DNA of 64,000 bases from Terriglobia bacterium (lineage in GTDB: Bacteria; Acidobacteriota; Terriglobia; UBA7540; JAPUME01), in NCBI GenBank assembly GCA_965237895.1, contig CBDEGR010000002.1, positions 1,950,796 to 2,014,795 on the forward strand. The letters are read 5' to 3'. The notes below the pieces were generated by a model. That model did no database searches, was not told the origin of the DNA, and worked only from the letters and a program-made list of their open reading frames with translations. Of this stretch, positions 20,895-31,547 are shown in pieces (position 1 is the first letter of the stretch; the number at the start of each line of letters is the position of its first letter). The position numbers were made by a program, and so were the translations under genes.

Positions 20895-21599
20895 ATGATC
20901 CCCATTCCTCTGCGCGACAATCAGCGGCGCGAACTCTGGCCTCTTGTCACTCTCTCCCTGGTCGTCCTGAACGTGCTTCTGTTTCTTTTTGAATTGTCGT
21001 TGGGGCCTCGCTTGGCAGATTTCATTCAGATGTTCGGAGTCATCCCTGTCCGCTATATGGGACCCGGCGGCCCTTTCTCTTACGGCCTGGAAGGGCTCCT
21101 CCTGTCCCCTTTCGTCTCCATGTTCCTGCACGGAGGCTGGGGGCATCTGCTCAGCAACATGCTCTTCTTGTGGGTCTTCGGAAGGAGTATGGAGGATAAG
21201 CTGGGGCACGGCAGATTCGCCTATTTCTATCTGGCCTGCGGGCTGGGCGCAGTATTGACCCACATTGTTTTGAACCCGCTCTCTACGATTCCCACGGTCG
21301 GCGCCAGCGGAGCCATTGCCGGCGTTCTGGGCGCGTATCTGCTTTCGTTTCCCCGAGCGAAGATTACCACCCTGATCCCTCTCTTCATCTTCTTCTGGTC
21401 CGTCCATCTGCCCGCCTATGTAGTTTTAGGTTACTGGTTCCTGATTCAGTTCGCCTCCGGCTGGCAGGTTCTGTTGATCGCGCCCAGCACGGAGGGCGGG
21501 GTCGCCTGGTGGGCCCATGTGGGAGGATTCGTGTTCGGATTTCTGTTGGGAGTCGTGCTGCCGGCTCGAAAACGAATGAGGAGAATACCCCTGGAGTAA
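20895..21599 (+). CDS. Rhomboid family intramembrane serine protease
   Basis: MFLHGGWGHLLSNM, GASGAIAG, WWAHVGGF. Confidence 0.92.
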   Translation: MIPIPLRDNQRRELWPLVTLSLVVLNVLLFLFELSLGPRLADFIQMFGVIPVRYMGPGGPFSYGLEGLLLSPFVSMFLHGGWGHLLSNMLFLWVFGRSMEDKLGHGRFAYFYLACGLGAVLTHIVLNPLSTIPTVGASGAIAGVLGAYLLSFPRAKITTLIPLFIFFWSVHLPAYVVLGYWFLIQFASGWQVLLIAPSTEGGVAWWAHVGGFVFGFLLGVVLPARKRMRRIPLE

Positions 21600-21624
21600 G
21601 AGATGCCTAAGGGATGCCGGACCC

Positions 21625-22592
21625 TTACCTTCCCCGCTCGGCAAGATAGACCCCGCCCAAAATCAAAACGGCAGCCAGGATCATTCGCAAGGTAACCGCT
21701 TCGTGGAGAAGCAGGGCGCTTCCTCCACCGGCGATCAAGGGCTCCAAATAGCTGAAGAAGGCCACCCGCCCCGCGGTAAGGCGCGCCAGGGCCTTATAGT
21801 AGAGCAGGTAGGGAATGATGGCCCCAAAGATCAGAATGAAGCCTGCCGCCGCCCAACCTACCGCCGATACGTCCTGCAATCTCGCCCCGGGCAGGGTCAT
21901 CACTAAGAACGGAACGACGAGGACCGCCGCAATCAGATAGGTAAAAGCGTTCAGGGTCATGGTGTCATACTTCGCCGCGGCTCTCTTGGCAAGGATCGTA
22001 TAAATGGAAAAGGAGCCTGCCCCGCAGAGCAGAAGAAGATCGCCGATCCAGACATTCTCTTGCTGGAGCGGCTGCTCGCCCGAACCCAGCATCGCCACTC
22101 CGCCGAAAGCCACCATTGCTCCCGTGATCTTCGCCGTGGTCAGCGGTTCCATCCCCAGCCGGGAGGCCATCAAAAGGACCAGCACCGGGCCGAGGCGTAG
22201 ATCAAGCCGGCATGAAAGGGGGAGGAAAGATTCATCCCGGTCACAAAAAACAGGTGGGTCATGACCGGGCCCACCACGGCCAGCCCGAAGAGCATCTTCC
22301 CGTCGCGCCGGTACAAGTTTCCGCGACGGCGAAACACCCGCACCCCGAGCAGACAAAAAATTACGCCGGCCCAGAAGATTCTGAGCGGGCCGATAACGAA
22401 GGGTGAAAACTCCCTCAGGGCGACCTTCGCGACTACCATGTTGGCGCCCCAGCTTAAGGTGGCAATAAAGATGAGAATGTAAGCGACGGTCTTCCCCGGG
22501 GTCCTGCGTGAATCCCCCGGGGGGGAAATCGACAGTGCTCTGCTGCTCCACAACCATCGTTTCCGCCATATCGCTAAAGAGAGACCTCGCAT
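21625..22592 (-). CDS. DMT/EamA family transporter, one apparent frameshift near 22190; start uncertain
   Basis: ATLSWGANMVVAK in one frame, WIGDLLLL...SYLEPLIA in another. Confidence 0.75.
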
Positions 22593-22641
22593 CGGGAATT
22601 TACCCTCGTCTCGAAATCCGAACGGGAAGCCTGCGTGGGGT

Positions 22642-23751
22642 CTAGGAAAAACTTTCCTGCCGTACCGTGAGCTTTTCGATCCGATCCAACGACACCGCGT
22701 ACCCCAGCCCGGCTTCTTGCTTGATCGGAATCGTCCCCTGGGGCGTGAGGGTCACTTCCGGCTCGATGATGTCCTGCTCCCAGTAGCGGCGGCTGGCGGA
22801 AACGTCTCCAGATAAAAGGAAATTCGGAAGGGTGGAAAGAGCAATGTTATGCGCGCGCCCTACGCCGCCTTCGAGCATCCCGCCGCACCAGACCGGGATA
22901 TTCTTAACCCGGCAAAGATCGTGTATCTTCTTTGCCTCGCTGAATCCCCCCACCCCCGGCCCAGTTTGATGTTGATAATCTTGCAGGCTCCCAGATCGAC
23001 CGCCTTCCGTGCGTTCTCAGCGCTGGTGATCAACTCATTCAGGCAGATTGGCGTCGAGAGTTCCTTCTGGAGCTTGGCATGGTCCACGATGTCGTCCCAC
23101 GCCAGGGGCTGCTCGAGCATCATCAGGCAGAACCGGTCGAGCGATCTCAGGCGAGGAATATCGGAAATCGTGTAAGCCGCATTCGCGTCAGCCATCAGGC
23201 GGATGTCCGGGAAGCGGTTGCGGATGGCCTCCAGGATGTCCGCGTCCCATCCCGGCTTGATCTTCACTTTGATGCGCTGGTAGCCCGCCGCCAGTTCCTT
23301 CTCCACCCCCTCCAGAAGCTCTTCGACCGTGCCTTCGATTCCCAAAGAGACTCCACAGACGATCTCCTCGATCTCACCTCCGAGCAGCTTCGAGAGCGGC
23401 TCCTGCCGCCGCAGCGACTCCAAGTGCCACACCGCCAGCCTCCAGCGCCCCCTTGGCCATGTTGTGGCCGCGGATCGGCTGGAAGAGCTTGGCCGCCTCC
23501 GCCGGCGCCTTCAACTCCTGTCCCAGGAGCCGAGGAACGAGAAAATCCTTCAGGACATGCCACCCCGTCTCGGTGGTCTCGTGGCTGTAAAAAGGGCCCT
23601 CACCGGCCGTCACCTCTCCCCAGCCGCGCAGCCCTTCGGAGAAGAGTTCCACCAAAAGAATACGGCGATCGGTCGTCCTTCCAAAGCTGGTCTCAAACGG
23701 ATGGACCAGCGGCATCCGGATTTCGCGAAGCTCAATTTTTTCAATCTTCAT
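22642..23751 (-). CDS. menC: o-succinylbenzoate synthase / N-succinylamino acid racemase, two apparent frameshifts (~23435, ~22955)
   Basis: PFETSFG, RIKVKIKPG, DANAAY, EQPL, NIKLGR, WCGGMLE, GDVSAS spread over three frames. Confidence 0.85.
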
Positions 23752-24298
23752 ACGACTCCAACAAGTAGAATGCCTCGGATTCCCCCAACCACACCCTCGT
23801 CACCGCCAAGCCGCGGGAAAAGTGCCGGAGGAATTCCCGGCGCAGACGGAATTGCTCGGCTCGCGCCGCCTTCAGGTTCCGCCCCGCCGTCTTCCAGACG
23901 TCGAGCGGCAGGGCGACTTCCGCCTGGACGGCCGCGGGAGAAACTTTTCCTTTTCCGCCGCCCACCGCGCGCCGGACACGCGCCGAACGCAGGCGCCATT
24001 CGATCTCGAACCGGTCGGTGTGGAGCCCCGCCCGCTGGTTCGTCAAAAGCTGTCCGTAGTGGTCCGGAATGTAGATCAGGAAGCCGGCCGGTTGCCCCTG
24101 GGGGTCGAAAGCGCCCAGGACGGCGCCGCCGATCTTGTTGGTAACGACAAAGATGCGCTCCGGGTAGAGTTCGCGGTCCTCCAAGCCCCAGATGCGCTTC
24201 TGCAGCTTCACACAGTTTCTGAGTTCTTGGTGCGAACGGCAGAGGCGGATGGTGTACCCCGCACCTATTTGCTTTCCGCCGCCTTGACCTTCTCCCAC
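23741..24298 (-). CDS. GNAT-family succinyltransferase-like protein, apparently internally deleted
   Basis: CVKLQKRIWG, GGAVLGAF, YG...GLHTDRFEIEW resemble the GNAT partner of NSAR/OSBS; central acyl-CoA motif missing. Confidence 0.6.
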   Translation of the reverse strand: MGEGQGGGKQIGAGYTIRLCRSHQELRNCVKLQKRIWGLEDRELYPERIFVVTNKIGGAVLGAFDPQGQPAGFLIYIPDHYGQLLTNQRAGLHTDRFEIEWRLRSARVRRAVGGGKGKVSPAAVQAEVALPLDVWKTAGRNLKAARAEQFRLRREFLRHFSRGLAVTRVWLGESEAFYLLESYED

Positions 24299-25158
24299 AG
24301 TCCGTCGAGCTCCTCCAAACTGAAATCTCTCAGTCGCTTTCCCTGCGCCAACACTTCCGCCTCCATGCTCTCGAACCGTCGCTTGAATTTCTGGTTGGCG
24401 GCGCGCAGCGCCGTCTCGGCGTCGAACCCGAGAAAGCGGGCCAGGTTCGCCCCGGCAAACAGCAGATCGCCGACTTCCTCTTGGGCACGCCGTCGGGCTT
24501 GGGAAATCTCAGGTGAAATCTCGTTTCTTGCCGCATTCGATTGCTTCGAAAGAGTTTTTCCTTGCAATGGGTTTCGGTACTTCGGAACCGCAACCCGGCG
24601 AACCTCCTCCAGTTCTTCCGAGATCTTTTCCAAAATATCCTCGACCCCCCGCCAGTCAAACCCCTCTTCAGCCGCCCTTGCGCCCAGCTTATGGGCTTCC
24701 AGCGTGGCCGGGAGTGAGGAGCTGATTCCCTCCAGCACCGAGCTGGCGGAATACCTTCCGTTTCCCTTCTTGCCGGCTCTCTTCTCCTTGGCCTTGGCCG
24801 ACTGCCAACTGTTCAGCGCCTCGGCGGGAGTGTCGGCCCGCACGTCTCCGAAGACGTGCGGATGTCGTCGCACCAGCTTCGAGTGAATCTCCTCGATTAC
24901 GTCCGCCAGTTCAAACCGTCCCTCCTCGCGGGCCATCTGCGAGTAGAAGACCACCTGAAAAAGCAGATCTCCGAGTTCCTCCCGGAGGCCATCGAAGTTT
25001 CGCGCCTCGACCGCATCCACCACCTCATAGGCCTCTTCCAGAAGCAACTTCTTCCCCGAGTCGTAGTCCTGCTTCCGGTCCCAGGGGCAGCCTTCCGGAC
25101 TGCGCAGGACAGCGGCCAACTCCACCAGCTTTTCCAATTTCTCACCCGCGATTGACAT
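24265..25158 (-). CDS. mazG: Nucleoside triphosphate pyrophosphohydrolase MazG
   Basis: LRSPEGCPWDRKQ, EELGDLLFQVVF, RRHPHVFG, ANQKFKRRF. Confidence 0.94.
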   Translation of the reverse strand: MSIAGEKLEKLVELAAVLRSPEGCPWDRKQDYDSGKKLLLEEAYEVVDAVEARNFDGLREELGDLLFQVVFYSQMAREEGRFELADVIEEIHSKLVRRHPHVFGDVRADTPAEALNSWQSAKAKEKRAGKKGNGRYSASSVLEGISSSLPATLEAHKLGARAAEEGFDWRGVEDILEKISEELEEVRRVAVPKYRNPLQGKTLSKQSNAARNEISPEISQARRRAQEEVGDLLFAGANLARFLGFDAETALRAANQKFKRRFESMEAEVLAQGKRLRDFSLEELDGLWEKVKAAESK

Positions 25159-25469
25159 CTTCTCCTGTGGATACCAACTTGAGATATCTGATCCCGACGG
25201 ACATCAAGGATTTCTAGGGCTTGGAAGAACACCCCCTGAACTCTAGCAGTCAGGCGGAAACTTTGACAACCACAAATTCCTCAAACGATCAACGGGACAG
25301 ATTCAACGTACCCTTCCAATTTCCAGCCGGGTGACGCATTTGCCGGTCGAATGGAAAACTGGTAAACTATGAGGTTCCGGTCTTTCAGACTGGAATTTTC
25401 CGCCCATTCAATGCTTTCGAACCGGTCCGGTTCATCAGGGTTGGTGGGAGGAGGCTGGAGGCAGGGTTG

Positions 25470-25928
25470 ATGTCAGAAGAAAATCCCGCCGCTTCGGAAT
25501 TCAAGGTAGTGGACCGCCGCGGCTTCCATACGGACGGCACGCCGCGAGACCCCAGCCCTGCGGCTGGTCCGGCTTCCACCTCCTCCCCGACAGCCGCGCC
25601 GGACCTGTCCCCACCGCCGTCCTTTGAAGCTCAAAGCGAGGTTCAGGGCGAAGTTCACGGCGAAGAATCAGGGAAAGGGGTGAATTTCGGCGATCTGGTC
25701 ATGTCGCTCAGCACAACGGCCATGTTTCAGCTCGGGCTTATCGAGAGCCCGGACGGGGAGAAGATTCCTGCGGACCTCCTCAATGCGCGGCGGACCATCG
25801 ACATGCTCGGAGTTCTAAAGGAGAAGACCCAAGGAAACTTGGCTGAAGATGAAAAAAATCTTCTCACACAGATTCTCTACGAATTGCAGATGAGCTTTGT
25901 GGCCGTGACGGACCAGCCGAAAAAATGA
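25470..25928 (+). CDS. DUF1844 family protein
   Basis: FKVVDRR start; ARRTIDMLGVLKEKTQGNL..E..LL..ILYELQMSF. Confidence 0.8.
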   Translation: MSEENPAASEFKVVDRRGFHTDGTPRDPSPAAGPASTSSPTAAPDLSPPPSFEAQSEVQGEVHGEESGKGVNFGDLVMSLSTTAMFQLGLIESPDGEKIPADLLNARRTIDMLGVLKEKTQGNLAEDEKNLLTQILYELQMSFVAVTDQPKK

Positions 25929-25998
25929 ACATCTCGACTGCAACCCAATCCGTCCGACCGAATCCCGCCGCGCGCAAGAACGGGCATCCGAAATTTCC

Positions 25999-26760
25999 GT
26001 GACACTAACGTTTTTAGGAACCGGAACCTCCACCGGCGTGCCGACCATCGGTTGTGAATGCGCCGTCTGCCGGTCGACGAATCCCCGTGACAACCGAACC
26101 CGACCCTCTGTCCTGCTCCGCTTTAACGGCCGGGCCGTGCTGATCGACGCCACCCCGGACTTTCGTGCCCAGGCCTTGCGCGAAAAGATGGACCGGCTCG
26201 ACGCCATCCTCTTCACGCACGCCCACGCGGACCACATCCTGGGCCTCGACGACGTCCGAGTCTTCAACTTTCGCCAGAAGGATCCCATTCCCATCTACGC
26301 CGGCGAGCCGACCCTGCAGTCCATCCAAAAGACTTTTCATTATGTTTTCAACGGCATGCCCTACGCGGGAACCATTCCCAAGCTGAACCCGCGGGTGCTC
26401 AATGGCCCGCTGGACCTCTTCGGGGAAGAGTTCCGCCCGGTCCCGGTCCTGCACGGAAAGCTGGAGGTTTTTGGGTTCGCCTTCCGGCGAGCCGCCTACG
26501 TGACGGATTTCAGCGTGATCCCGCCCTCATCGAAGGAGTATTTGATGGGCCTCGACCTGCTGGTCCTCGACGCCTTGCGGCGAAAACCTCATCCGATGCA
26601 CTCCTCCTTGGACCAATCGCTGGCGCTGGTCGAGGAGCTCGAACCGCGGCAGGCTTACTTCACGCACATCTGCCACGACCTGCCCTATGAGGCCACCAAC
26701 GCCGCTCTGCCGGAAAACGTTGCCTTGGCCTACGACGGCCTGCAGGTGGAAATAAAATGA
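25999..26760 (+). CDS. PhnP-like MBL-fold metallohydrolase
   Basis: FLGTGTSTGVP..GC.CAVC, THAHADHILGLDD. Confidence 0.9.
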   Translation: MTLTFLGTGTSTGVPTIGCECAVCRSTNPRDNRTRPSVLLRFNGRAVLIDATPDFRAQALREKMDRLDAILFTHAHADHILGLDDVRVFNFRQKDPIPIYAGEPTLQSIQKTFHYVFNGMPYAGTIPKLNPRVLNGPLDLFGEEFRPVPVLHGKLEVFGFAFRRAAYVTDFSVIPPSSKEYLMGLDLLVLDALRRKPHPMHSSLDQSLALVEELEPRQAYFTHICHDLPYEATNAALPENVALAYDGLQVEIK

Positions 26761-27755
26761 TGCGTATCGCCAGACAGTTGGACGAAATCGGCCGCCTCTC
26801 CTCTCCCAGCCTGTTGACCATCGGGAACTTCGACGGCGTCCACTGTGCGCACCGCAGCCTGCTCGAAAGGCTTGTCCGTCGGGCTGACGCGCAGAAGGCC
26901 CTGGCCGCGGTGCTCACCTTCGACCCGCATCCACTGAAGATCGTGGCGCCGGATAAGGCCCCTCTCCTCATCCTTCCGCTGGAGGAAAAAATCCGCCTCA
27001 TGGACCAGATCGGTATCGGGATGATGGTGATTCTTCCCTTTACCGCAGAGTTGGCGCGTCTTTCGCCGGAGGCATTTGTGGAGCAGATTGTTGTCGAGAA
27101 ACTCCAAGCGCAACAGGTCCACCTGGGCCCCAACTTTCGCTTCGGCCATCGCCAGCAGGGCGACACGAAATTGCTGGCGCAATTGGCGGAACGCTTCGGG
27201 TTCCGGGTGGAGATTCTGCCGATGATGGAGATTCGCGGCCGGCGCGTCAGCAGTACCTGTATTCGCGGCTTGGTCTCCTCCGGCCAAGTCGCGCCGGCGG
27301 GCCGCCTGCTGGGACGCCCGTTCACGCTCCATGGGAAGGTCATAGCCGGCGAAGGCGTGGGGCGAAAGCAAACGGTACCTACGCTGAATCTCCAACTCCG
27401 CCAGGAGCTTCTTCCGCAGGCGGGGGTCTACATCACGCGAACGCGGCCGGCCTCAGGTTCCGATCGCTATTCTTCCCTCACCAACGTCGGGCACAAACCT
27501 ACGTTTGGGGATCATCCGCTTTCCATCGAAACGTTTCTGCTGGACCCGCCCGAAGCCCTGCCGGAAGCCATAGATGAAGCCGTCGATTTCGCCCAGATCG
27601 AAGTGGAGTTTCTTTATCGCCTTCGGGATGAAAAGAAGTTTCTCGATCCTTCCGCGTTGAAGCGCCAAATCGCACTCGACACCCAACGCGCAAAAAAGTA
27701 CTTCCGCCTCTTGGCAAAGGTTCGACCTCGGCGCCTCAGCCCCACCCATCGATAA
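26757..27755 (+). CDS. ribF: Bifunctional riboflavin kinase / FAD synthetase
   Basis: IGNFDGVH, TFDPHP, VSSTCIR, PTLNL, NVGHKPTF, LRDEKKF. Confidence 0.94.
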   Translation: MMRIARQLDEIGRLSSPSLLTIGNFDGVHCAHRSLLERLVRRADAQKALAAVLTFDPHPLKIVAPDKAPLLILPLEEKIRLMDQIGIGMMVILPFTAELARLSPEAFVEQIVVEKLQAQQVHLGPNFRFGHRQQGDTKLLAQLAERFGFRVEILPMMEIRGRRVSSTCIRGLVSSGQVAPAGRLLGRPFTLHGKVIAGEGVGRKQTVPTLNLQLRQELLPQAGVYITRTRPASGSDRYSSLTNVGHKPTFGDHPLSIETFLLDPPEALPEAIDEAVDFAQIEVEFLYRLRDEKKFLDPSALKRQIALDTQRAKKYFRLLAKVRPRRLSPTHR

Positions 27756-27812
27756 TCCGAGCAGCCAAACAATTTTCGTTTTTAATAATGATATTTGTGG
27801 GGGGCGGGAACT

Positions 27813-28952
27813 CTAGGGAGAAGCGGTTTCAACAGGAGCGGGAGTACTTGATTCCCTTTTTTCGGTCTTTTCGGCAATATAGCTTTGGATCTCTTTGATG
27901 AGTTCGGGGACAATGTCGGCCTCCGCCACGCGCCGCACGGCTTTCCCTTCGCGGTAGATGACGCCGTTGCCGCGCCCGCAGGCCACGCCCAAGTCCGCCT
28001 CACGCGCCTCACCCGGCCCGTTCACCGCGCAACCCATCACGGCTAAGGAGACCGGATAGCGGATGTGCGCCGTCGCCTGTTCGATCTCACCGGCGATCTT
28101 GAACAGGTCCACCTCCAGCCGTCCGCACGTGGGGCAGGCGATCACCACCGGGCCGCGGCTGCGAATCTCCAGCGCCTTGAGGATTTCAAACCCCACGCGC
28201 ACTTCTTCGGCCGGGTCCGTCGCCAGCGAGATGCGGATCGTATCCCCGATGCCGTCCGCCAGCAGCATCCCCAGGCCGACCGAGGACTTGATGGTGCCGG
28301 AAAATTGCGTCCCGGCTTCCGTAATGCCCAGATGGAAGGGATAGTCGCACTTTTCCGCCAGCAGCCGGTAGGCGGCTACGGTCAGCTTTACATTGGAAGA
28401 TTTAAGGGAAACGATGATGTCGCGGAAATCCAATTCCTCAAGGATGCCGATGTGGTAGAAGGCGCTTTCGGCCATCGCCTCCGGCGTCGGATAGCCGTAT
28501 TTCTCAAGCAGCCGCCGCTCGAGCGACCCGGCATTCACTCCAATGCGAATCGGCACGCGGCACTCTTGCGCCTTCCGCACCACGGTGCGGACCTTCTCGG
28601 TGTCCCCGATATTCCCCGGGTTGATACGCAGTTTGTTGACGCCGGCGTCGAGCGCCATCAGGGCCAGCTTGTATTGGAAATGGATATCGGCCACCAGGAC
28701 CGCGTCCGTCCGTTTGCGGATTTCGGTAAGAGCCTTCGCGGCCTCTTCATCCGGTACGGCCAGCCGCACGACTTCGCACCCCGCGTCTTCCATTTGTTGG
28801 ATTTGCTGGAGAGTGCGCTCCACGTCGCGCGTGTCCGTCTTGGTCATCGACTGGACAGAGACCGCCGCCTCGCCACCCACCGTCAGGCGGCCAACTTGGA
28901 CGGCGCGGGTCTTCCGCCGGGCTTGGAAATACTCCGTGTCGCTGAAGTTCAA
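27813..28952 (-). CDS. ispG: HMBPP synthase IspG
   Basis: VQSMTKTDT, ADIHF, RINPGNIG, CPTCGR, MGCAVNGPGEA. Confidence 0.96.
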   Translation of the reverse strand: MNFSDTEYFQARRKTRAVQVGRLTVGGEAAVSVQSMTKTDTRDVERTLQQIQQMEDAGCEVVRLAVPDEEAAKALTEIRKRTDAVLVADIHFQYKLALMALDAGVNKLRINPGNIGDTEKVRTVVRKAQECRVPIRIGVNAGSLERRLLEKYGYPTPEAMAESAFYHIGILEELDFRDIIVSLKSSNVKLTVAAYRLLAEKCDYPFHLGITEAGTQFSGTIKSSVGLGMLLADGIGDTIRISLATDPAEEVRVGFEILKALEIRSRGPVVIACPTCGRLEVDLFKIAGEIEQATAHIRYPVSLAVMGCAVNGPGEAREADLGVACGRGNGVIYREGKAVRRVAEADIVPELIKEIQSYIAEKTEKRESSTPAPVETASP

Positions 28953-28994
28953 CTCTTTTCCTTTCGTCGGACAAATTTCTGCACGGGAAAAGTG

Positions 28995-30320
28995 CTAGCT
29001 GGGACCGACAAGTTTCAGTATATCGTTCACAATCACAAAGCCGGCAATTAAAATCAAGAAGAAAAAGCCCGCCATCGAAAAGCGCTCTTTGAATTGGAGG
29101 CTCATATCCCGGCGCAGCAGCGATTCGACCAGCAGCAGAAGCAGCACTCCGCCGTCTAAAACCGGGATCGGCAACAGGTTGAAGATGCCCAACTGAAGGC
29201 TGATAAATGCCGTGATCTCCAGCAACGGTAAAAATCCGTCCCCGTAGGCTTGGCCTGTAATCTGGGCAATTCCGATGGGGCCGGACAGAGCGCGGGGCGA
29301 AAGTCCGCCGGTAAACATCTTCCCAATAATTTCAAAGGTCATGAAAAAACTCTTCCGTGTCTTCGCGAAGGCCTGGGTCCAAGCCTCTCCCCACGGCAAC
29401 TGCACCACCACGGCTTTAGGCCGGAGATTGACTCCAATCAGCCATTTTTTTTCTCCTTGTATCTCCCCATAGACCGGCTTGATCGAAACGGTGTGTTCCT
29501 TGCCCTGGCGAAGGATCGTCAGTTCCAGCGGCGCGCCTTCCATTTCCTGAAGCAAGGGAGATATGTGGGAAGCCGCAGGAAACTTCAACTCACCGACTTG
29601 GACGATCTCATCGCCCGGCAGCAACCCGGCTTCTTGGGCCGGAAAATCATCTCGCACACCTCCCAGCACGGCGGGAACCCACGGGTACAACCCCACATAC
29701 CCGAGACGGTCCCGGCCCTTCGCTTCCGGCGTCACCGACAGATGAATCCGCCTCCCCTCCCGCTCCAGGACGAAAGGGATCTCTTCGTCGACACTGGTGG
29801 CAATTTTCATTGCAAAATCTTCCCAAACGGGATTCTCCATCTCCCCTACCTTGAGAATCTTGTCCCCGACGCGGATGCCGGCCGCTTCGGCCCGAGACCC
29901 CGGCTCAACATCTCCCACGCGAACCACAAGATCCTTATAGGCGGGTTTTGCAAAATGAAAATGATAAGTCGCAGTAAGCAATACAACCGCCAGCAGACCG
30001 TTCATGAGGGGCCCCATGAGGATCACGATGAAGCGCTGCCAGCGAGGCTTGGATTGAAACTCGTCCGCGCTGCCGGAGACCTTATCACCGGGGTTCTCTC
30101 CCGCCATTTTGACGTAACCACCCAGCGGAATGGCGCTCACGCGGTAGTCCGTATCACCGCCCTTAAAACCCCACAGCCGCTTCCCGAACCCCAACGAAAA
30201 CGTCAGTACCCGGACCTTGAAAGCCTTGGCGGCAAGAAAATGGCCCATCTCATGAATAAAGATCATCACGCCCAGAACCCCTGCCACGACGGCAAGGTTG
30301 GTAAAGAAACTTGAAACCAT
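28995..30320 (-). CDS. rseP: RIP metalloprotease RseP
   Basis: HEMGH, two PDZ domains, NLLPIPVLDGG. Confidence 0.94.
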   Translation of the reverse strand: MVSSFFTNLAVVAGVLGVMIFIHEMGHFLAAKAFKVRVLTFSLGFGKRLWGFKGGDTDYRVSAIPLGGYVKMAGENPGDKVSGSADEFQSKPRWQRFIVILMGPLMNGLLAVVLLTATYHFHFAKPAYKDLVVRVGDVEPGSRAEAAGIRVGDKILKVGEMENPVWEDFAMKIATSVDEEIPFVLEREGRRIHLSVTPEAKGRDRLGYVGLYPWVPAVLGGVRDDFPAQEAGLLPGDEIVQVGELKFPAASHISPLLQEMEGAPLELTILRQGKEHTVSIKPVYGEIQGEKKWLIGVNLRPKAVVVQLPWGEAWTQAFAKTRKSFFMTFEIIGKMFTGGLSPRALSGPIGIAQITGQAYGDGFLPLLEITAFISLQLGIFNLLPIPVLDGGVLLLLLVESLLRRDMSLQFKERFSMAGFFFLILIAGFVIVNDILKLVGPS

Positions 30321-30332
30321 CTTTTTTAACCC

Positions 30333-31520
30333 CTAGGTAAATTCCATCTGAAGATATTGCCGGGCTCGCTCCCGGGCCTCCCGGTCCTGCTCCCACACGT
30401 CGTTTAAGGTATTAAAAGGTCGGACGGGGCTTCCCTGAAGCACACGTTCCACCATACGAGGTATATCGGCAAATTTGAGCTTTCGTTCCAGGAAAGCCTC
30501 CACGGCCACTTCGTCGGCGGCATTGAGGGCGCAGGGCATCGACTCGCCCGCCTCCAAGGCCTGCCGAGCCAAGTCCAAACACGGAAAGCGTCCCGTGTCG
30601 GGCGGCTCGAAATCGAACCGTTTGATCTCGCGCCAAGAAAGCGACCCGCTGGCGCCGTTCTCCGGCAGCCGCTCCGGATAGGTCAGCGCGTAGCGGATGG
30701 GCAACTGCATGTCCGTTACGCCCATCTGGGCCATGACCGACCCATCATGGAATTCTACCATGGAGTGAACCACCGACTGGGGGTGGATCACCACCTCGAT
30801 CGCTTCCGGCGGAAGCCCAAACAGCCAACAGGCCTCAATGATCTCGAAACCCTTGTTCATCAACGTGGCCGAATCGACCGTAATCCGCCCGCCCATCTTC
30901 CAGGTAGGATGCTGCAAGGCCTCCTCAGGTTGAATGGCGTCCATTTGTTCACCGGGAGTCTTGCGGAAAGGTCCACCAGAAGCGGTCAGAATAATGCTCC
31001 GTACCTCTTCACGCCGTCCGGCGCGGAGGCATTGGTGAATGGCGTTGTGCTCGCTATCGACGGGCAGGATTTCGCTGCCGGTCTTTTGGGCCAGTCGTGT
31101 CACCAGGGACCCGGCAACCACCAGCGTTTCTTTGTTGGCCAAGGCTACGTCTTTTCCGGCTTCGATGGCCCGGTAGGTGGCCTCCAGGCCGGTCACGCCG
31201 TGCGCGGCCGAGACTACCAAATCAACATCGGTATCCGTCGCCGCCTCCACCATGCCGGCGGTCCCGGAGACGATCTTGAGCGGCTCGGTGTACCCTGCCT
31301 TCTTCAAGCGGGTCTGGAGTTCCGGTTCCTTCTCCTTATCCCGTAGGGAGACAATTTTCGGATGGAATTGGGTTACCTGCTCAAGGAGGAGGTCAAGATT
31401 CCCTCCCGCCGCCAGAGAGACGACACGGAAGCGGTCTTCCATACCTTCCAGCACGCGGCACGTATTCCGACCGATGGAACCGGTTGCGCCGAGGATCGAG
31501 ATTCCCTTTACATTAGGCAT
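30333..31520 (-). CDS. dxr: 1-deoxy-D-xylulose 5-phosphate reductoisomerase
   Basis: LGATGSIG, LANKETLV, PVDSEH, HPTWKMG, NKGFEIIEA. Confidence 0.96.
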   Translation of the reverse strand: MPNVKGISILGATGSIGRNTCRVLEGMEDRFRVVSLAAGGNLDLLLEQVTQFHPKIVSLRDKEKEPELQTRLKKAGYTEPLKIVSGTAGMVEAATDTDVDLVVSAAHGVTGLEATYRAIEAGKDVALANKETLVVAGSLVTRLAQKTGSEILPVDSEHNAIHQCLRAGRREEVRSIILTASGGPFRKTPGEQMDAIQPEEALQHPTWKMGGRITVDSATLMNKGFEIIEACWLFGLPPEAIEVVIHPQSVVHSMVEFHDGSVMAQMGVTDMQLPIRYALTYPERLPENGASGSLSWREIKRFDFEPPDTGRFPCLDLARQALEAGESMPCALNAADEVAVEAFLERKLKFADIPRMVERVLQGSPVRPFNTLNDVWEQDREARERARQYLQMEFT

Positions 31521-31547
31521 AGCAACAAATCAGAAGCGACCAGCGGG

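Noticed and set aside
21625-23751. Programmed frameshifting or phase variation in menC and the DMT gene
   Set aside because: These are single-base shifts in short G/C runs with no recoding signal; similar shifts occur elsewhere, so error or decay is simpler.
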